A DNA stretch of 64,000 bases from positions 544,001 to 608,000 of the forward strand of contig CAWGJT010000005.1 in assembly GCA_963822965.1 (NCBI GenBank). The letters run 5' to 3'. The stretch comes from an uncultured delta proteobacterium (GTDB lineage: Bacteria; Myxococcota_A; UBA9160; UBA4427). Shown in pieces: positions 1-9,157 of this stretch. Position 1 is the stretch's first letter; every line of letters begins with the position of its first letter. The position numbers and the translations under genes are program-made. The notes beneath the pieces were generated by a model. The model did no database searches. It saw nothing but the letters and a program-made list of their open reading frames with translations, and was not told the origin of the DNA.

Positions 1-176
1 CCGGGTAGCCCCGGGGGGTGGCGACAAGCCGACGTGCAGAGCCGCCGGCTCGACTCCCCAGAATCCGCAGCCCGCTTCCCGGGTTCTGTTCCGCCATGGA
101 ACCGACCGCCCCGCACGCCGACCCCGAGCTCGGCGCTGCGAATGCGGCGCATTCGGGTTGACGCGGACCCGCCGTC

Positions 177-1658
177 TCAGGTCACCTCGCCCAGGGCTTC
201 CTCGGCGGCGGCGGCGTCCTCGGCGGGCGAGTGGACGGGTCTTCCGGCCCGTACGGCCTCCAGGGCGAGCCTCGTCGCGAGCTGGGCGTGCCGGTCGATC
301 CTGTAGTAACGGAACACCCAGATCGCCACGATCGTCACGAGGCCGGCGGCGAGGTTCAGCAGGCCCAGATGGCGGATCGCCAGGGCGCCCACGGCGCTGG
401 GCTCCTCCTGCAGGGGGAAGGCGATCCAGTCGAGCCCCACCCCCGCCACGAAGTGCCCCAAGCCCGACGCGAGCTTGCCCGAGAAGGACGTCGCGCTGAA
501 GAAGATGCCCTGCTGGGCACGACCCGTGTGCAGCGCGTGCTCCTCGGCCACGTCGGCCATCATCGACCCGGCCGACACGAAGCTCGTCGCGGCGATCGTC
601 ATGTTGACGACCACCAGGAAGAAGACGATCGGTAGCAGCCAGGGCGTGCCGTTCTCGGGGAACCAGCCCAGCAGCCGCAGGACGACGGCCGCGTTGCCCA
701 CCACCGCCGAAGCGACGCAGCCCGCCACCAGGGTGGGCAGCTTGTCGAAGCGCCGGTGCAGCGGGCCCACGAGCGCCGCGCCCAGCACGAAGCCCAGCGC
801 GAAGGGCAACGCCAGCAGGCGCAGCTGCACGGTGTCGAACTGCCAGAAGAAGACGTTCAGATGGGTTCCCAGCGTCGCCAGGATCCCCAGGAAGACGGCG
901 TAGAGGGCGAAGCCCACGAAGAGCGATCGGAACGAGACGTTGTGCCACGCCGACGCGAACTCGTGCAGGATGCGTCGGACGGAAAAGGGCTCGGGGTGCT
1001 CGGGAGCGCGCGGCAGGTCGGGGATGGTGTGTCGCGTTCCCCAGGCCGAGTACCAGATCGTGAAGAACATGATGATCGCAGCGAAGAGAGCGTAGTGGGG
1101 ATAGCCGGCGGGATTCATCAGGCCGTTCTCGAACTCGTCGGTCTCGGGGAAGAAGAACGTGTAGGCGGCGATGACCGTCACCACGCCACCCACCACCCCG
1201 AGCGTCGTGCGCCAGGCCACGATCGACGTGCGCTCCTGGTAGTCGTCCGAGAGCTCGGCTCCCATGGCGAGATGCGGCACGGAGTACAGCGTCATGGCGC
1301 CGCGCACCAACACCGCGAAGCCCGTGAGCCACAGGAAGAGCCCCGTCTGGCCGAGACCTTCCGGCGGCAGGAAGAGCAGCACGAAGCCCGCCGCCAGGGG
1401 CAGCGCCGAGGCGTACATGAAGGGATGTCGGCGTCCGCGCGGCGACCTCCAATTGTCCGAGAGCGAGCCCGCCAGGGGATCGGTCACCGCGTCGAAGACC
1501 AGCGCGATCAGGATGGCGGTGCCCGCCAGGCTGCCGGACAACCCCAGCACCTGGGTGAAGTAGAAGAACAGGAACGTGTTGAAGCCCAGGTTCTTGACCT
1601 GCTCGCCGACCTGTCCGAGCCCGTAGGCGAACTTGGTCGCCCGATCGAGTCGGCTCAT
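177..1658 (-). CDS. MFS transporter, GPH (glycoside-pentoside-hexuronide/MelB-like) family
   Basis: MSRLDRATKFAYGLGQ...DAVTDPLAGSLSDNWRSPRGRRHPF motif, about 12 hydrophobic segments; ATG at 1658 overlaps the upstream stop (ATGA). Confidence 0.9.
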   Translation of the reverse strand: MSRLDRATKFAYGLGQVGEQVKNLGFNTFLFFYFTQVLGLSGSLAGTAILIALVFDAVTDPLAGSLSDNWRSPRGRRHPFMYASALPLAAGFVLLFLPPEGLGQTGLFLWLTGFAVLVRGAMTLYSVPHLAMGAELSDDYQERTSIVAWRTTLGVVGGVVTVIAAYTFFFPETDEFENGLMNPAGYPHYALFAAIIMFFTIWYSAWGTRHTIPDLPRAPEHPEPFSVRRILHEFASAWHNVSFRSLFVGFALYAVFLGILATLGTHLNVFFWQFDTVQLRLLALPFALGFVLGAALVGPLHRRFDKLPTLVAGCVASAVVGNAAVVLRLLGWFPENGTPWLLPIVFFLVVVNMTIAATSFVSAGSMMADVAEEHALHTGRAQQGIFFSATSFSGKLASGLGHFVAGVGLDWIAFPLQEEPSAVGALAIRHLGLLNLAAGLVTIVAIWVFRYYRIDRHAQLATRLALEAVRAGRPVHSPAEDAAAAEEALGEVT

Positions 1659-2731
1659 CGCCCGGGGTCCTCGAGGCCGAGCTCTGCGAGCTCCACGGGG
1701 CGTCCCTCGTCGATCGAGCGGTGCGCGGCGACGCCGAGCGCCACGGAGCGCAGCCCGTCGGACGCGCTCACCGCGGGCGGCCCGCCGCTGCGGATCGCCT
1801 CCAGGAAGTGCAGGTGCTCGACGAAGCTGGCCCCGTGATGGAACCCCTCGTAGCCGATGCGCACATCGGGCTCGGGCGGGAGATCCTCCCACTTGCGGTA
1901 CTCGCGGCCTCCCCGCACGAGCCCACCGCCCGGAACCACCACGTCGAGCTTCCCCGCGCTGCCGGTGGCCACGATCTCCTGCTCGTTGCGACTCGACTCG
2001 GCGAACATGCACAGATCGAGACAGGCGCGGGCTCCGTCCGCGTAGTCGACGATCACGAAGGCGTTGTCGAGGATGTCGGGCGTCTCGCCGTCGTAGCGTT
2101 CGTCGAGGTGGTTCACGTCCTGGGCGCCCGAGGCGTAGACCCGCTTCGGCGCCGAGGGCATCACGAGGTTCATCAGATCGAAGAAGTGGCAGCACTTCTC
2201 GACCAGCGTGCCTCCGGTGTTGCGCGAGAAGCGGTTCCAGTCGCCCACCTTCGGCAGGAACGGAAAACGATGCTCGCGAATGAAGAGCATCTTGATCTCG
2301 CCCACGCAGGGCAGCTCGCGCAGGAAGCGCGCAATCGGGGGCATGAAACGGTACTCGAGGCCCACCTGCACGACGCCCGGGTGCGCGGCGGCACCCGTCA
2401 CCACCCGCCGGCAATCCTCCATCGTGGTGCACATGGGCTTCTCGAGCAGCACGTGCTTGCCGCTGGCGAAGACCGCGTCCATCACGGCGGCGTGGGTGTG
2501 ATTCGGCGAGGCGACGACCACCACGTCGATGGGCGCCTTCTCGAGCATCTCGCGGTGATCCGCGTAGACTCGCACGCCTTTCGCAGCGTCGCCGCAGGCG
2601 ACGAGACCCCACCTCCGCGACTCCTCGTGCGGGTCGGCCAGGGCCGCGACGCGGGCTCCCTCGATGGCCCCGATGTTGCGGATGTGCTCGCAGCCCATCA
2701 TGCCGGAGCCGATGATTCCGTAGCGGATCAC
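1655..2731 (-). CDS. Gfo/Idh/MocA family oxidoreductase
   Basis: N-terminal YGIIGSGMMG Rossmann motif, HVLLEKP motif, GGTLVEKCCHFFD. Confidence 0.92.
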   Translation of the reverse strand: MIRYGIIGSGMMGCEHIRNIGAIEGARVAALADPHEESRRWGLVACGDAAKGVRVYADHREMLEKAPIDVVVVASPNHTHAAVMDAVFASGKHVLLEKPMCTTMEDCRRVVTGAAAHPGVVQVGLEYRFMPPIARFLRELPCVGEIKMLFIREHRFPFLPKVGDWNRFSRNTGGTLVEKCCHFFDLMNLVMPSAPKRVYASGAQDVNHLDERYDGETPDILDNAFVIVDYADGARACLDLCMFAESSRNEQEIVATGSAGKLDVVVPGGGLVRGGREYRKWEDLPPEPDVRIGYEGFHHGASFVEHLHFLEAIRSGGPPAVSASDGLRSVALGVAAHRSIDEGRPVELAELGLEDPGR

Positions 2732-3495
2732 GTGCGGCCTTCTCCTCCGTCCTCGTGCCGGGAGTCGTGGCGGGCCGGCGCGCGCGCCGCCAGACGCGCC
2801 ACGCGTTCCCGAAGCTGCACGAGAACCGGCCCGGGCTCGTCCTGCTCGTCCTCGAAGACCGCGATCTCGAGGAAGCCCTCCAGCTCGGTCGCCGAATAGT
2901 GCCTCGCCACGGCTTCGATGTCATCGAGCATCGCGGGAATGAGACGCTTGCCGGCCACGAAGTAGGGGTCGACGAGCAGGAGCCGTCCGCCGGCGTCCTG
3001 CATCACGTTGCCGGGTCGCACGTCGAGGCCGCCGAAGAAGCCGATGTGGCGCTCCCCGTGGTGGGCCGCGGCCTCGAGGACCGCGTGGAGCGCCGCGAGC
3101 GCCGGGTCGGCCCGCCGTTCGGCCTTCCAGCGCGCGAGCTCGGCGGCTGTCACCTCGCGCTCCAGATGCTTCGTCCGGCCGAGACGGCAGCACAGGAGCG
3201 AGGCCGCGTCCGGGTCGGCCGGCTCGAGGCGCGGCATCACGACGAGCTGCCCTGCGGGCGCGACGTCGCGGTGCCAGACGATGCGCGGAAAGTACGCCAC
3301 CTGCGGGTACGCGAGACAGGTGCGCACGTGCAGCGCGTAGGCGGGATCGAAGGGCACGACCCGGGCCACGAGATCACCGGCCGGCGAGACGTACACCTGG
3401 GCCCAGTCGCCGCGCGCGAGCCAGCGCCAGCCGCGGGCATCCAGCAGCCGGCGCGCGTCCCGATGGCTCGCGTCGGACGGAAGATCGGCCAGCAT
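2728..3495 (-). CDS. Hypothetical protein, atypical protein-kinase-like fold
   Basis: LARGDWAQVY (P-loop-like), LDVRPGNVM (catalytic-loop-like), LLVDP (DFG position); stop overlaps the next start. Confidence 0.6.
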   Translation of the reverse strand: MLADLPSDASHRDARRLLDARGWRWLARGDWAQVYVSPAGDLVARVVPFDPAYALHVRTCLAYPQVAYFPRIVWHRDVAPAGQLVVMPRLEPADPDAASLLCCRLGRTKHLEREVTAAELARWKAERRADPALAALHAVLEAAAHHGERHIGFFGGLDVRPGNVMQDAGGRLLLVDPYFVAGKRLIPAMLDDIEAVARHYSATELEGFLEIAVFEDEQDEPGPVLVQLRERVARLAARAPARHDSRHEDGGEGRT

Positions 3496-3544
3496 CCGGC
3501 GATGCTACCGCCTCCTGCGAGACGGTTCAGAAGCGGGAGGCGCT

Positions 3545-5611
3545 TCAGAAGAGCTCGGGCTGGCCGTCTCCGTCGCCTCCGCCGGAGGGCTTCTTCCCCG
3601 CCCGGGGCTTCGCCGCGGAGGGCTTCGCCTTCGTCCCCTTCGCCTCTTTCGCCTCCTTCGAGGCGTTCGCGGTCTTCGCGCTCTTCGCGCTCTTCGCGGA
3701 GGGCTTCACGGGCTGGAAGCCCACGCGCGCCACGGGCTTGGGGGCGAGGCGATTGCCGCGGGCGGTGGGCGCGGTGAGCTCCAGCTGCGAGAGGTCGTAC
3801 TCCGACCCCTTCACCCGCTGCCGCTTCTGGGCGACGTAGGTGAGCTTCACCATGCCCGTCTCGCCGTCCTGCAGCAGCAGGTCGACCTTGCCCTTCTCGT
3901 CCTTGACGAGCCGGTACTCCTTGTTGCGGATGAACTTCTCGATGCGGATGCGCTTGCCGAATGCCATGCGCTTGCCGTCGCGATAGACCACCGTGAACTC
4001 GGCTCCGGTCTCCGGATCGAAGGGGTGGCAGTAGAGCAGCCGGGCCCCGAAGAAGACCTTGTCCACCGGCGGCATCACCCGGTAGGTACCGTCCGCCGCA
4101 ATGGCGAGCACCAGGTCGTACTCGCTCACGCTCATGCGGAAGAGATCGCCGCGCACCGTCGAGCCGAAGAAGCCCGTGTCCGGGTCGTAGGCGAGCTTCA
4201 CGTTGGGCCGGGCCACGGCCTTCTTGTCGACGCTCTCGATGCGGGTGATCTGGGTGCGCCGCGGGTACTCGTCGCCGTAGCGCTCGAGCAGCGACTCCAC
4301 GTAGCGGATCGTCGTCCGCTTCATGTTGGAGAGCTTCTCCTCCACCTCCGCAATCTTCGCCAGGATCTCGTCGATCTCCTCGCGGTTGCGCTCGATGTCG
4401 TAGGCGGAGATGCGGCGGATGCGGATCTCGAGGAGCCGCTTCACGTCGTCGTCCACCATGGGGCGGACGAAGAGGTCCTCGTACTTCTTCATGCCCGTGA
4501 CGACCACCTGGCTCACCTTCTCGGCGGTCTCGGCCTTCTCGAGCCGCTTGTAGACGCCCTTCTCGATGAAGATCCGCTCGAGGGTGAGCCAGTGCTGGCG
4601 ATCGAGGAGGCGCTCGCGATCCCACTCGAGCTCGGCCTGCAGCTGCTGCACGAGCTGCTGGGTCAGCGCCTTGAGGATCTCGCTCACGGTCATCACGACG
4701 GGCCGCCGGCCGTCGATGACCGTGATGTTCGACGAGATGGACACCGAGCAGTCGGTGTAGGCGTAGAGCTGGGGGATCACCTCCGCCGGCCGCACGCCTC
4801 GAGCCAGGGTGAGCTCGATCTCCACCTTGTCCGTCGTGAAGTCGTCGATGGAGGCGAGCTTCACCCGGTCCTTCTGCACCGCGGCCTCGATGGAGGCGAT
4901 GAGGCTCTCGGTGGTGGTGCCGTAGGGGATCTCGGTGATCTTCACCCGCTTGGGGTCGATGGTCTGGATCTTCGCCCGCACCTCGACCTTGCCCCCGCCG
5001 TCATCGTAGGCGGAGACGTCCATCTGCCCGCCCTGGGGAAAGTCGGGAAAGAGCTCGACCTTCTTGCTCTTCAGGGTGGCGATCTGGGCTTCCCACAGCT
5101 CCCGCAGGTTGTGGGGCAGGATCTTCGTCGCCATGCCGACGGCGATGCCCTCGGTGCCGAGCATCAGCACCACGGGCAGCTTGGCGGGCAGGCGCACCGG
5201 CTCGCTCGTGCGCCCGTCGTAGCTCGGCACCGTCTCGGTCAGGTGCTCGTTGAAGAGCGTCTCGAGGGCCAGCGGCGAGAGGCGGCACTCGATGTAACGG
5301 GCGGCGGCGGCGGGATGGCCCGTGATCAGGTTGCCGAAGTTGCCCTGCCGGTCGATGAAGAAGCCCTTGTTGGCGAGCACCACCAGGGCGTCCGAGATGG
5401 ACGCGTCGCCGTGAGGGTGCAGCTTCATCGTCTCGCCGATGACGTTGGCCACCTTGTGGTAGCGGCCGTCGCTCATCGTGAAGAGCGTGTGCAGGATACG
5501 CCGCTGCACGGGCTTGAGCCCGTCCGACAGGTCGGGGATGGCGCGGTCCAGAATGAAGTAGCTCGCGTAGTCGACGAAGTGCTGGCGCATCATCGATTCG
5601 AGCTGGGCCAT
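3545..5611 (-). CDS. parC: DNA topoisomerase IV subunit A (type IIA, short C-terminal domain)
   Basis: RAIPDLSDGLKPVQRRIL, HPHGD, AAAARYIE with catalytic Tyr; no GyrA-box seen. Confidence 0.9.
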   Translation of the reverse strand: MAQLESMMRQHFVDYASYFILDRAIPDLSDGLKPVQRRILHTLFTMSDGRYHKVANVIGETMKLHPHGDASISDALVVLANKGFFIDRQGNFGNLITGHPAAAARYIECRLSPLALETLFNEHLTETVPSYDGRTSEPVRLPAKLPVVLMLGTEGIAVGMATKILPHNLRELWEAQIATLKSKKVELFPDFPQGGQMDVSAYDDGGGKVEVRAKIQTIDPKRVKITEIPYGTTTESLIASIEAAVQKDRVKLASIDDFTTDKVEIELTLARGVRPAEVIPQLYAYTDCSVSISSNITVIDGRRPVVMTVSEILKALTQQLVQQLQAELEWDRERLLDRQHWLTLERIFIEKGVYKRLEKAETAEKVSQVVVTGMKKYEDLFVRPMVDDDVKRLLEIRIRRISAYDIERNREEIDEILAKIAEVEEKLSNMKRTTIRYVESLLERYGDEYPRRTQITRIESVDKKAVARPNVKLAYDPDTGFFGSTVRGDLFRMSVSEYDLVLAIAADGTYRVMPPVDKVFFGARLLYCHPFDPETGAEFTVVYRDGKRMAFGKRIRIEKFIRNKEYRLVKDEKGKVDLLLQDGETGMVKLTYVAQKRQRVKGSEYDLSQLELTAPTARGNRLAPKPVARVGFQPVKPSAKSAKSAKTANASKEAKEAKGTKAKPSAAKPRAGKKPSGGGDGDGQPELF

Positions 5612-5684
5612 GGCGTTCTCTCTTTCTCTCTTCTCTCTCTCGTTCGCTCTCGCGCTCGCGCGGCTGTCGCCGGCGCGTCCGGCG

Positions 5685-7559
5685 TCAGATGACGTCGGTG
5701 ACGAGATTCTCGACGATGAAGTTCCGGCGTTCGGGGGTGTTCTTGCCCATCACGAAGTCGAGGGTCTTGCCCACCTCGCCCAGGTTGGCGACCGCGACGG
5801 GACGCAGGCGGATCTCCTCCCCGATGAACTGGCCGAACTCCTTGGGGCTGATCTCCCCGAGCCCCTTGAAGCGGGTGATCTCGGCGCCGCGGATCGCCCC
5901 CAGGGCGGCGTCCCGCTCGCTCTCGCTGTAGCAGTAGCGGGTCTCCTTCTTGTTGCGGACCCGGAAGAGCGGCGTCTCCAGCACGTAGAGGTGGTTCTTC
6001 ACCACCAGCTCCTCGAAGTAGCGCAGGAAGTAGGTGAGCAGCAGGTTGCGGATGTGCATGCCGTCGACGTCGGCGTCCGTCGCGATCACCACGCGGTTGT
6101 AACGGAGCCCCTCGATGCCGTCCTCGATGCCGAGGGCGCGCATGATGTTGTAGAGCTCTTCGTTCTTGTAGATGGCGTCGCGCTTCAGGCCGTGGCAGTT
6201 GAGCGGCTTGCCCTTCAGCGAGAAGATCGCCTGGGTCTGCACGTCGCGGCACGGCACCATGACGCCCGCCGCCGAGTCGCCTTCGGCGAGGAAGATCGTC
6301 GACTCGTCCCGGCGGGCGCCCCGCCCATCGTCGAAGTGCACCTTGCAGTCCGTGAGCTTCGGGATGCGGATCGCCACCTTCTTGGCGCGCTCCCGCGCCT
6401 CCTTCTTGATGGAGGCCAGCTCCTTCCGGATGCGCTCGTTCGATTTCACCTTCTCGAGCAGGGCGGCCGCGTCGTCGGGATGCTTGTGGAGCCAACGCAT
6501 CACCTCCTGGCGCACGGCTGGGACGATCCAGGAGCGCACCTCGGTGGAGCCCAGCTTGTTCTTGGTCTGGCTCTCGAAGACGGGGTCCTGCAGCTTGATG
6601 GCGATGGCGCCCACGATGCCGTCCCGGATGTCCTCCCCGGCGAAGTTCTTCTGGGCGAACTCGTTGATGCCCTTCAGGAGCCCCTCCCGGAAGGCCGACT
6701 GGTGGGTGCCGCCGTCGTTCGTGTACTGCCCGTTCACGAACGCGTAGTAGCTCTCGCCGTAGTTGTGGGTGTGGGTGAAGGCGAACTCGATGCGGTCGTC
6801 GGTGCAGTGAACCGTCTCGTAGAGGGGCGTGTCGGCGCCGAGCTCGTGCTCGAGCAGGTCCGCGAGCCCCCGCGAGCTCTGGAACTTCCTGCCGTTGTAG
6901 ACGAGGGTGATGCCGCGGTTCAGGAACGCGTAGTAGCGCAGGCGGTGCTCGATGAACTCCTCGTTCCACTGGTAGACGCCGAAGATCTCCGGGTCCGGCG
7001 TGAAACGGACCAGGGTGCCGTCGGGCGCGTCCGCCTGCTTGCCCTTCTTGTCGGACTGGATCTTGCCGCGCGAGAACTTCGCCGTGCGGAAGTGGCTGTC
7101 CCGGAAGCTCGTGGCCTCGAAGTCCGACGCCAGGGCGTTCACCGCCTTGGTGCCGACCCCGTTCAGGCCCACCGAGAACTGGAAGACGTCGTCGTTGTAC
7201 TTGCCGCCGGTGTTGATCTGGCTGACGCAGTCGACGAGCTTGCCCAGGGGGATGCCGCGACCGTAGTCGCGCACCGTCACCGTCTCGCCGGAGCGCTCGA
7301 TCTCGACCCGCTTGCCGGCGCCCATGATGAACTCGTCGACCGCGTTGTCCACGACCTCCTTCAGCATGACGTAGATGCCGTCGAGAGGATGGCTGCCGTT
7401 GCCGAGCCGGCCGATGTACATGCCCGTGCGCAGGCGGATGTGCTCGAGCGCGTCGAGGGTCTGGATGGCCTTCTCGTCGTAGGCCACCTCGCCCCGGGCG
7501 CGCGGCTTCTTCTTCGCCTGCTTCGCGGCGGCCTTAGTGGACGTCTCTGCGCTCGCCAT
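5685..7559 (-). CDS. parE: DNA topoisomerase IV subunit B
   Basis: EHIRLRTGMYIG, EVVDNAVDE, GLNGVGTK, AEGDSA, ATDADVDG (TOPRIM), RFKGLGE; ATG at 7559. Confidence 0.92.
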   Translation of the reverse strand: MASAETSTKAAAKQAKKKPRARGEVAYDEKAIQTLDALEHIRLRTGMYIGRLGNGSHPLDGIYVMLKEVVDNAVDEFIMGAGKRVEIERSGETVTVRDYGRGIPLGKLVDCVSQINTGGKYNDDVFQFSVGLNGVGTKAVNALASDFEATSFRDSHFRTAKFSRGKIQSDKKGKQADAPDGTLVRFTPDPEIFGVYQWNEEFIEHRLRYYAFLNRGITLVYNGRKFQSSRGLADLLEHELGADTPLYETVHCTDDRIEFAFTHTHNYGESYYAFVNGQYTNDGGTHQSAFREGLLKGINEFAQKNFAGEDIRDGIVGAIAIKLQDPVFESQTKNKLGSTEVRSWIVPAVRQEVMRWLHKHPDDAAALLEKVKSNERIRKELASIKKEARERAKKVAIRIPKLTDCKVHFDDGRGARRDESTIFLAEGDSAAGVMVPCRDVQTQAIFSLKGKPLNCHGLKRDAIYKNEELYNIMRALGIEDGIEGLRYNRVVIATDADVDGMHIRNLLLTYFLRYFEELVVKNHLYVLETPLFRVRNKKETRYCYSESERDAALGAIRGAEITRFKGLGEISPKEFGQFIGEEIRLRPVAVANLGEVGKTLDFVMGKNTPERRNFIVENLVTDVI

Positions 7560-7630
7560 CTCGTTCGTTCCTTCCCTTCCTGCTGCGCCGGCTCTTCCCG
7601 GTCTCGCTCTTCTCGCCTCGCTCGGGGCGC

Positions 7631-8608
7631 TCAGGCGGCGCGACGGCGCAGCCGGGCCGCCTCGCGACGCATCTCCGCTTCGTCCATGAGCCGCGCCTGT
7701 CCGCCGAGCGCCGTGCAGTTGTTCGACGCCGCCCGGGCCGCCAGCCGCAGCGCGTCCAGGGCGCCGAGGCCGTGCACGAGACCGGCCGCGAAAGCGCCAT
7801 GGAAGGCGTCCCCGGCGCCCGTCGTGTCGCGCACGCGCACCCGGTGGGCGGGGATGCGACGCGGCCTCCCGTCGACCAGTGCGAGCGCGCCGCGGCGCCC
7901 CTCGGTCACCACCGGGCGACCGCCGTAGGCCTCGCGCAGGGCGAAGAGCGTGTCCCGCGCGTTCCGGCCTCCCCACGTCTGTCCGAACTCCTCGGGCACG
8001 ATGGGATAGTCCACCCAGGGCAGCATCTCGTGGAAGACCGGCCGCGAGTCCGAGAAGTCGGCCACCACGACGCCGCCGCAGCGGCGGGCCTGGCGGATGG
8101 CGCGCAGGGCCTGGCGCGGGTAGTGGCCGTCGATCATCAGCACGCTGCCCTGGCGGATGGGTGAGAGGTCGAAGGCCGGCGCCCGCCGCTCGACGGCGCG
8201 CCGGTCCGGCACGATGAAGCTGCGCTCGCCCGTCTTCGCGTTCACGAGCACGATGGCGACGGAGGTGGGGCAGGCGGCGCTGCGAAGCAGCCCCCGCGTA
8301 TCCACCCCCGAAGCGCGCAGCTCGCGTGCGATCTCGCGTCCCTCCTGGTCCTCGCCCACCACCGACAGGACGTGCGTGCGGCAGCCCAGGCGGGCCGCCT
8401 GGGCGACCGCCGTCCCGGTCATTCCCCCCGCCGACGCGAGCCGCTGGTGATAGCGGACACGCTGGGCGGTGGGCGCCCCACCGTCCACCAGGAAGAGGAG
8501 ATCGAACGCGCAGAGACCGAGCCCGACCACGCTTCGCAGATTCTTCTCGCGCGCCTCGAGCGACCCCTCGGGTCGACCCCGGCGCCGCCTCGCGGGCTCT
8601 CGCGCCAC
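7631..8608 (-). CDS. PfkB family carbohydrate kinase (start uncertain, 8530-8608)
   Basis: VVGLGLCAFD, GG..GTAVAQAARLG, DTTGAGDAFHGAF signature. Confidence 0.88.
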   Translation of the reverse strand: MAREPARRRRGRPEGSLEAREKNLRSVVGLGLCAFDLLFLVDGGAPTAQRVRYHQRLASAGGMTGTAVAQAARLGCRTHVLSVVGEDQEGREIARELRASGVDTRGLLRSAACPTSVAIVLVNAKTGERSFIVPDRRAVERRAPAFDLSPIRQGSVLMIDGHYPRQALRAIRQARRCGGVVVADFSDSRPVFHEMLPWVDYPIVPEEFGQTWGGRNARDTLFALREAYGGRPVVTEGRRGALALVDGRPRRIPAHRVRVRDTTGAGDAFHGAFAAGLVHGLGALDALRLAARAASNNCTALGGQARLMDEAEMRREAARLRRRAA

Positions 8609-8756
8609 CCCACCCCCCAGCGGGTCGATGTAAGCGCCCAAGCTAGCAGAACTTTCCCGCTTCCGGGCCGGCCTCCGGGCGGCTGCGGCCGCACCGCCGC
8701 GCCCTTGCGATCCCCAGGCACATCGCGCATCAACCCGGATGGAGGGGGAGCCTGCG

Positions 8757-8782
8757 GTAACCCCTGCGGTGGCCGCGCCGTA
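8757..8782 (+). promoter_or_regulatory. Candidate ECF sigma factor (SigF/ECF16-type) promoter
   Basis: GTAACC-N16-CGTA about 50 bp upstream of the precursor gene; recalled consensus GTAACC-N16-CGAA. Confidence 0.6.
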
Positions 8783-8832
8783 CTCTCCCGCGCACCGACG
8801 GAGCGACCTCCGTCTCGAAGGAGCCGATTCCC

Positions 8833-9093
8833 ATGAATGCAAAGCGAGTTGTGCTCGCGGCGGCTGCCGCGGCGCTCTTCACCTCGGGTGCCACCCTGAT
8901 GGCCGGCACCGCCAAGGCCGGCGACGAAGGCGGCAAGATGGTCCACTGCCAGGGCGTGAACGGCTGCAAGGGGCAGTCCGATTGCGCAGGCGCCGGGCAC
9001 GACTGCTCGGGCAAGAACGCCTGCAAGGGCAAGGGCTGGAAGAAGATGACGGCCGACGAGTGCGACAAGGCCAAGGCCGAGATGGAAGGCTAG
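8833..9093 (+). CDS. Bufferin-type (BufA2-like) Cys-rich periplasmic RiPP precursor
   Basis: Sec signal peptide, 6 Cys with repeated CxGxNxCKG, AAGGAG RBS, directly upstream of DUF692. Confidence 0.85.
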   Translation: MNAKRVVLAAAAAALFTSGATLMAGTAKAGDEGGKMVHCQGVNGCKGQSDCAGAGHDCSGKNACKGKGWKKMTADECDKAKAEMEG

Positions 9094-9100
9094 CGGGGCG

Positions 9101-9129
9101 CGGGCGCGGGGGCGCCGCCCCCGCGCCCG
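9101..9129 (+). terminator. GC-rich stem-loop between precursor and MNIO genes
   Basis: CGGGCGCGGGGGC-gcc-GCCCCCGCGCCCG perfect inverted repeat; no clear U-tract. Confidence 0.55.
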
Positions 9130-9157
9130 TACTTCCGCCGCGCATGACCCGTCCCCC

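Noticed and set aside
1..97. Possible gene start on the minus strand (MAEQNPGSGLRILGS...) running off the window
   Set aside because: Too short to support
3545..7559. Calling the pair gyrA/gyrB
   Set aside because: No GyrA-box and a short C-terminal domain; topoisomerase IV fits better
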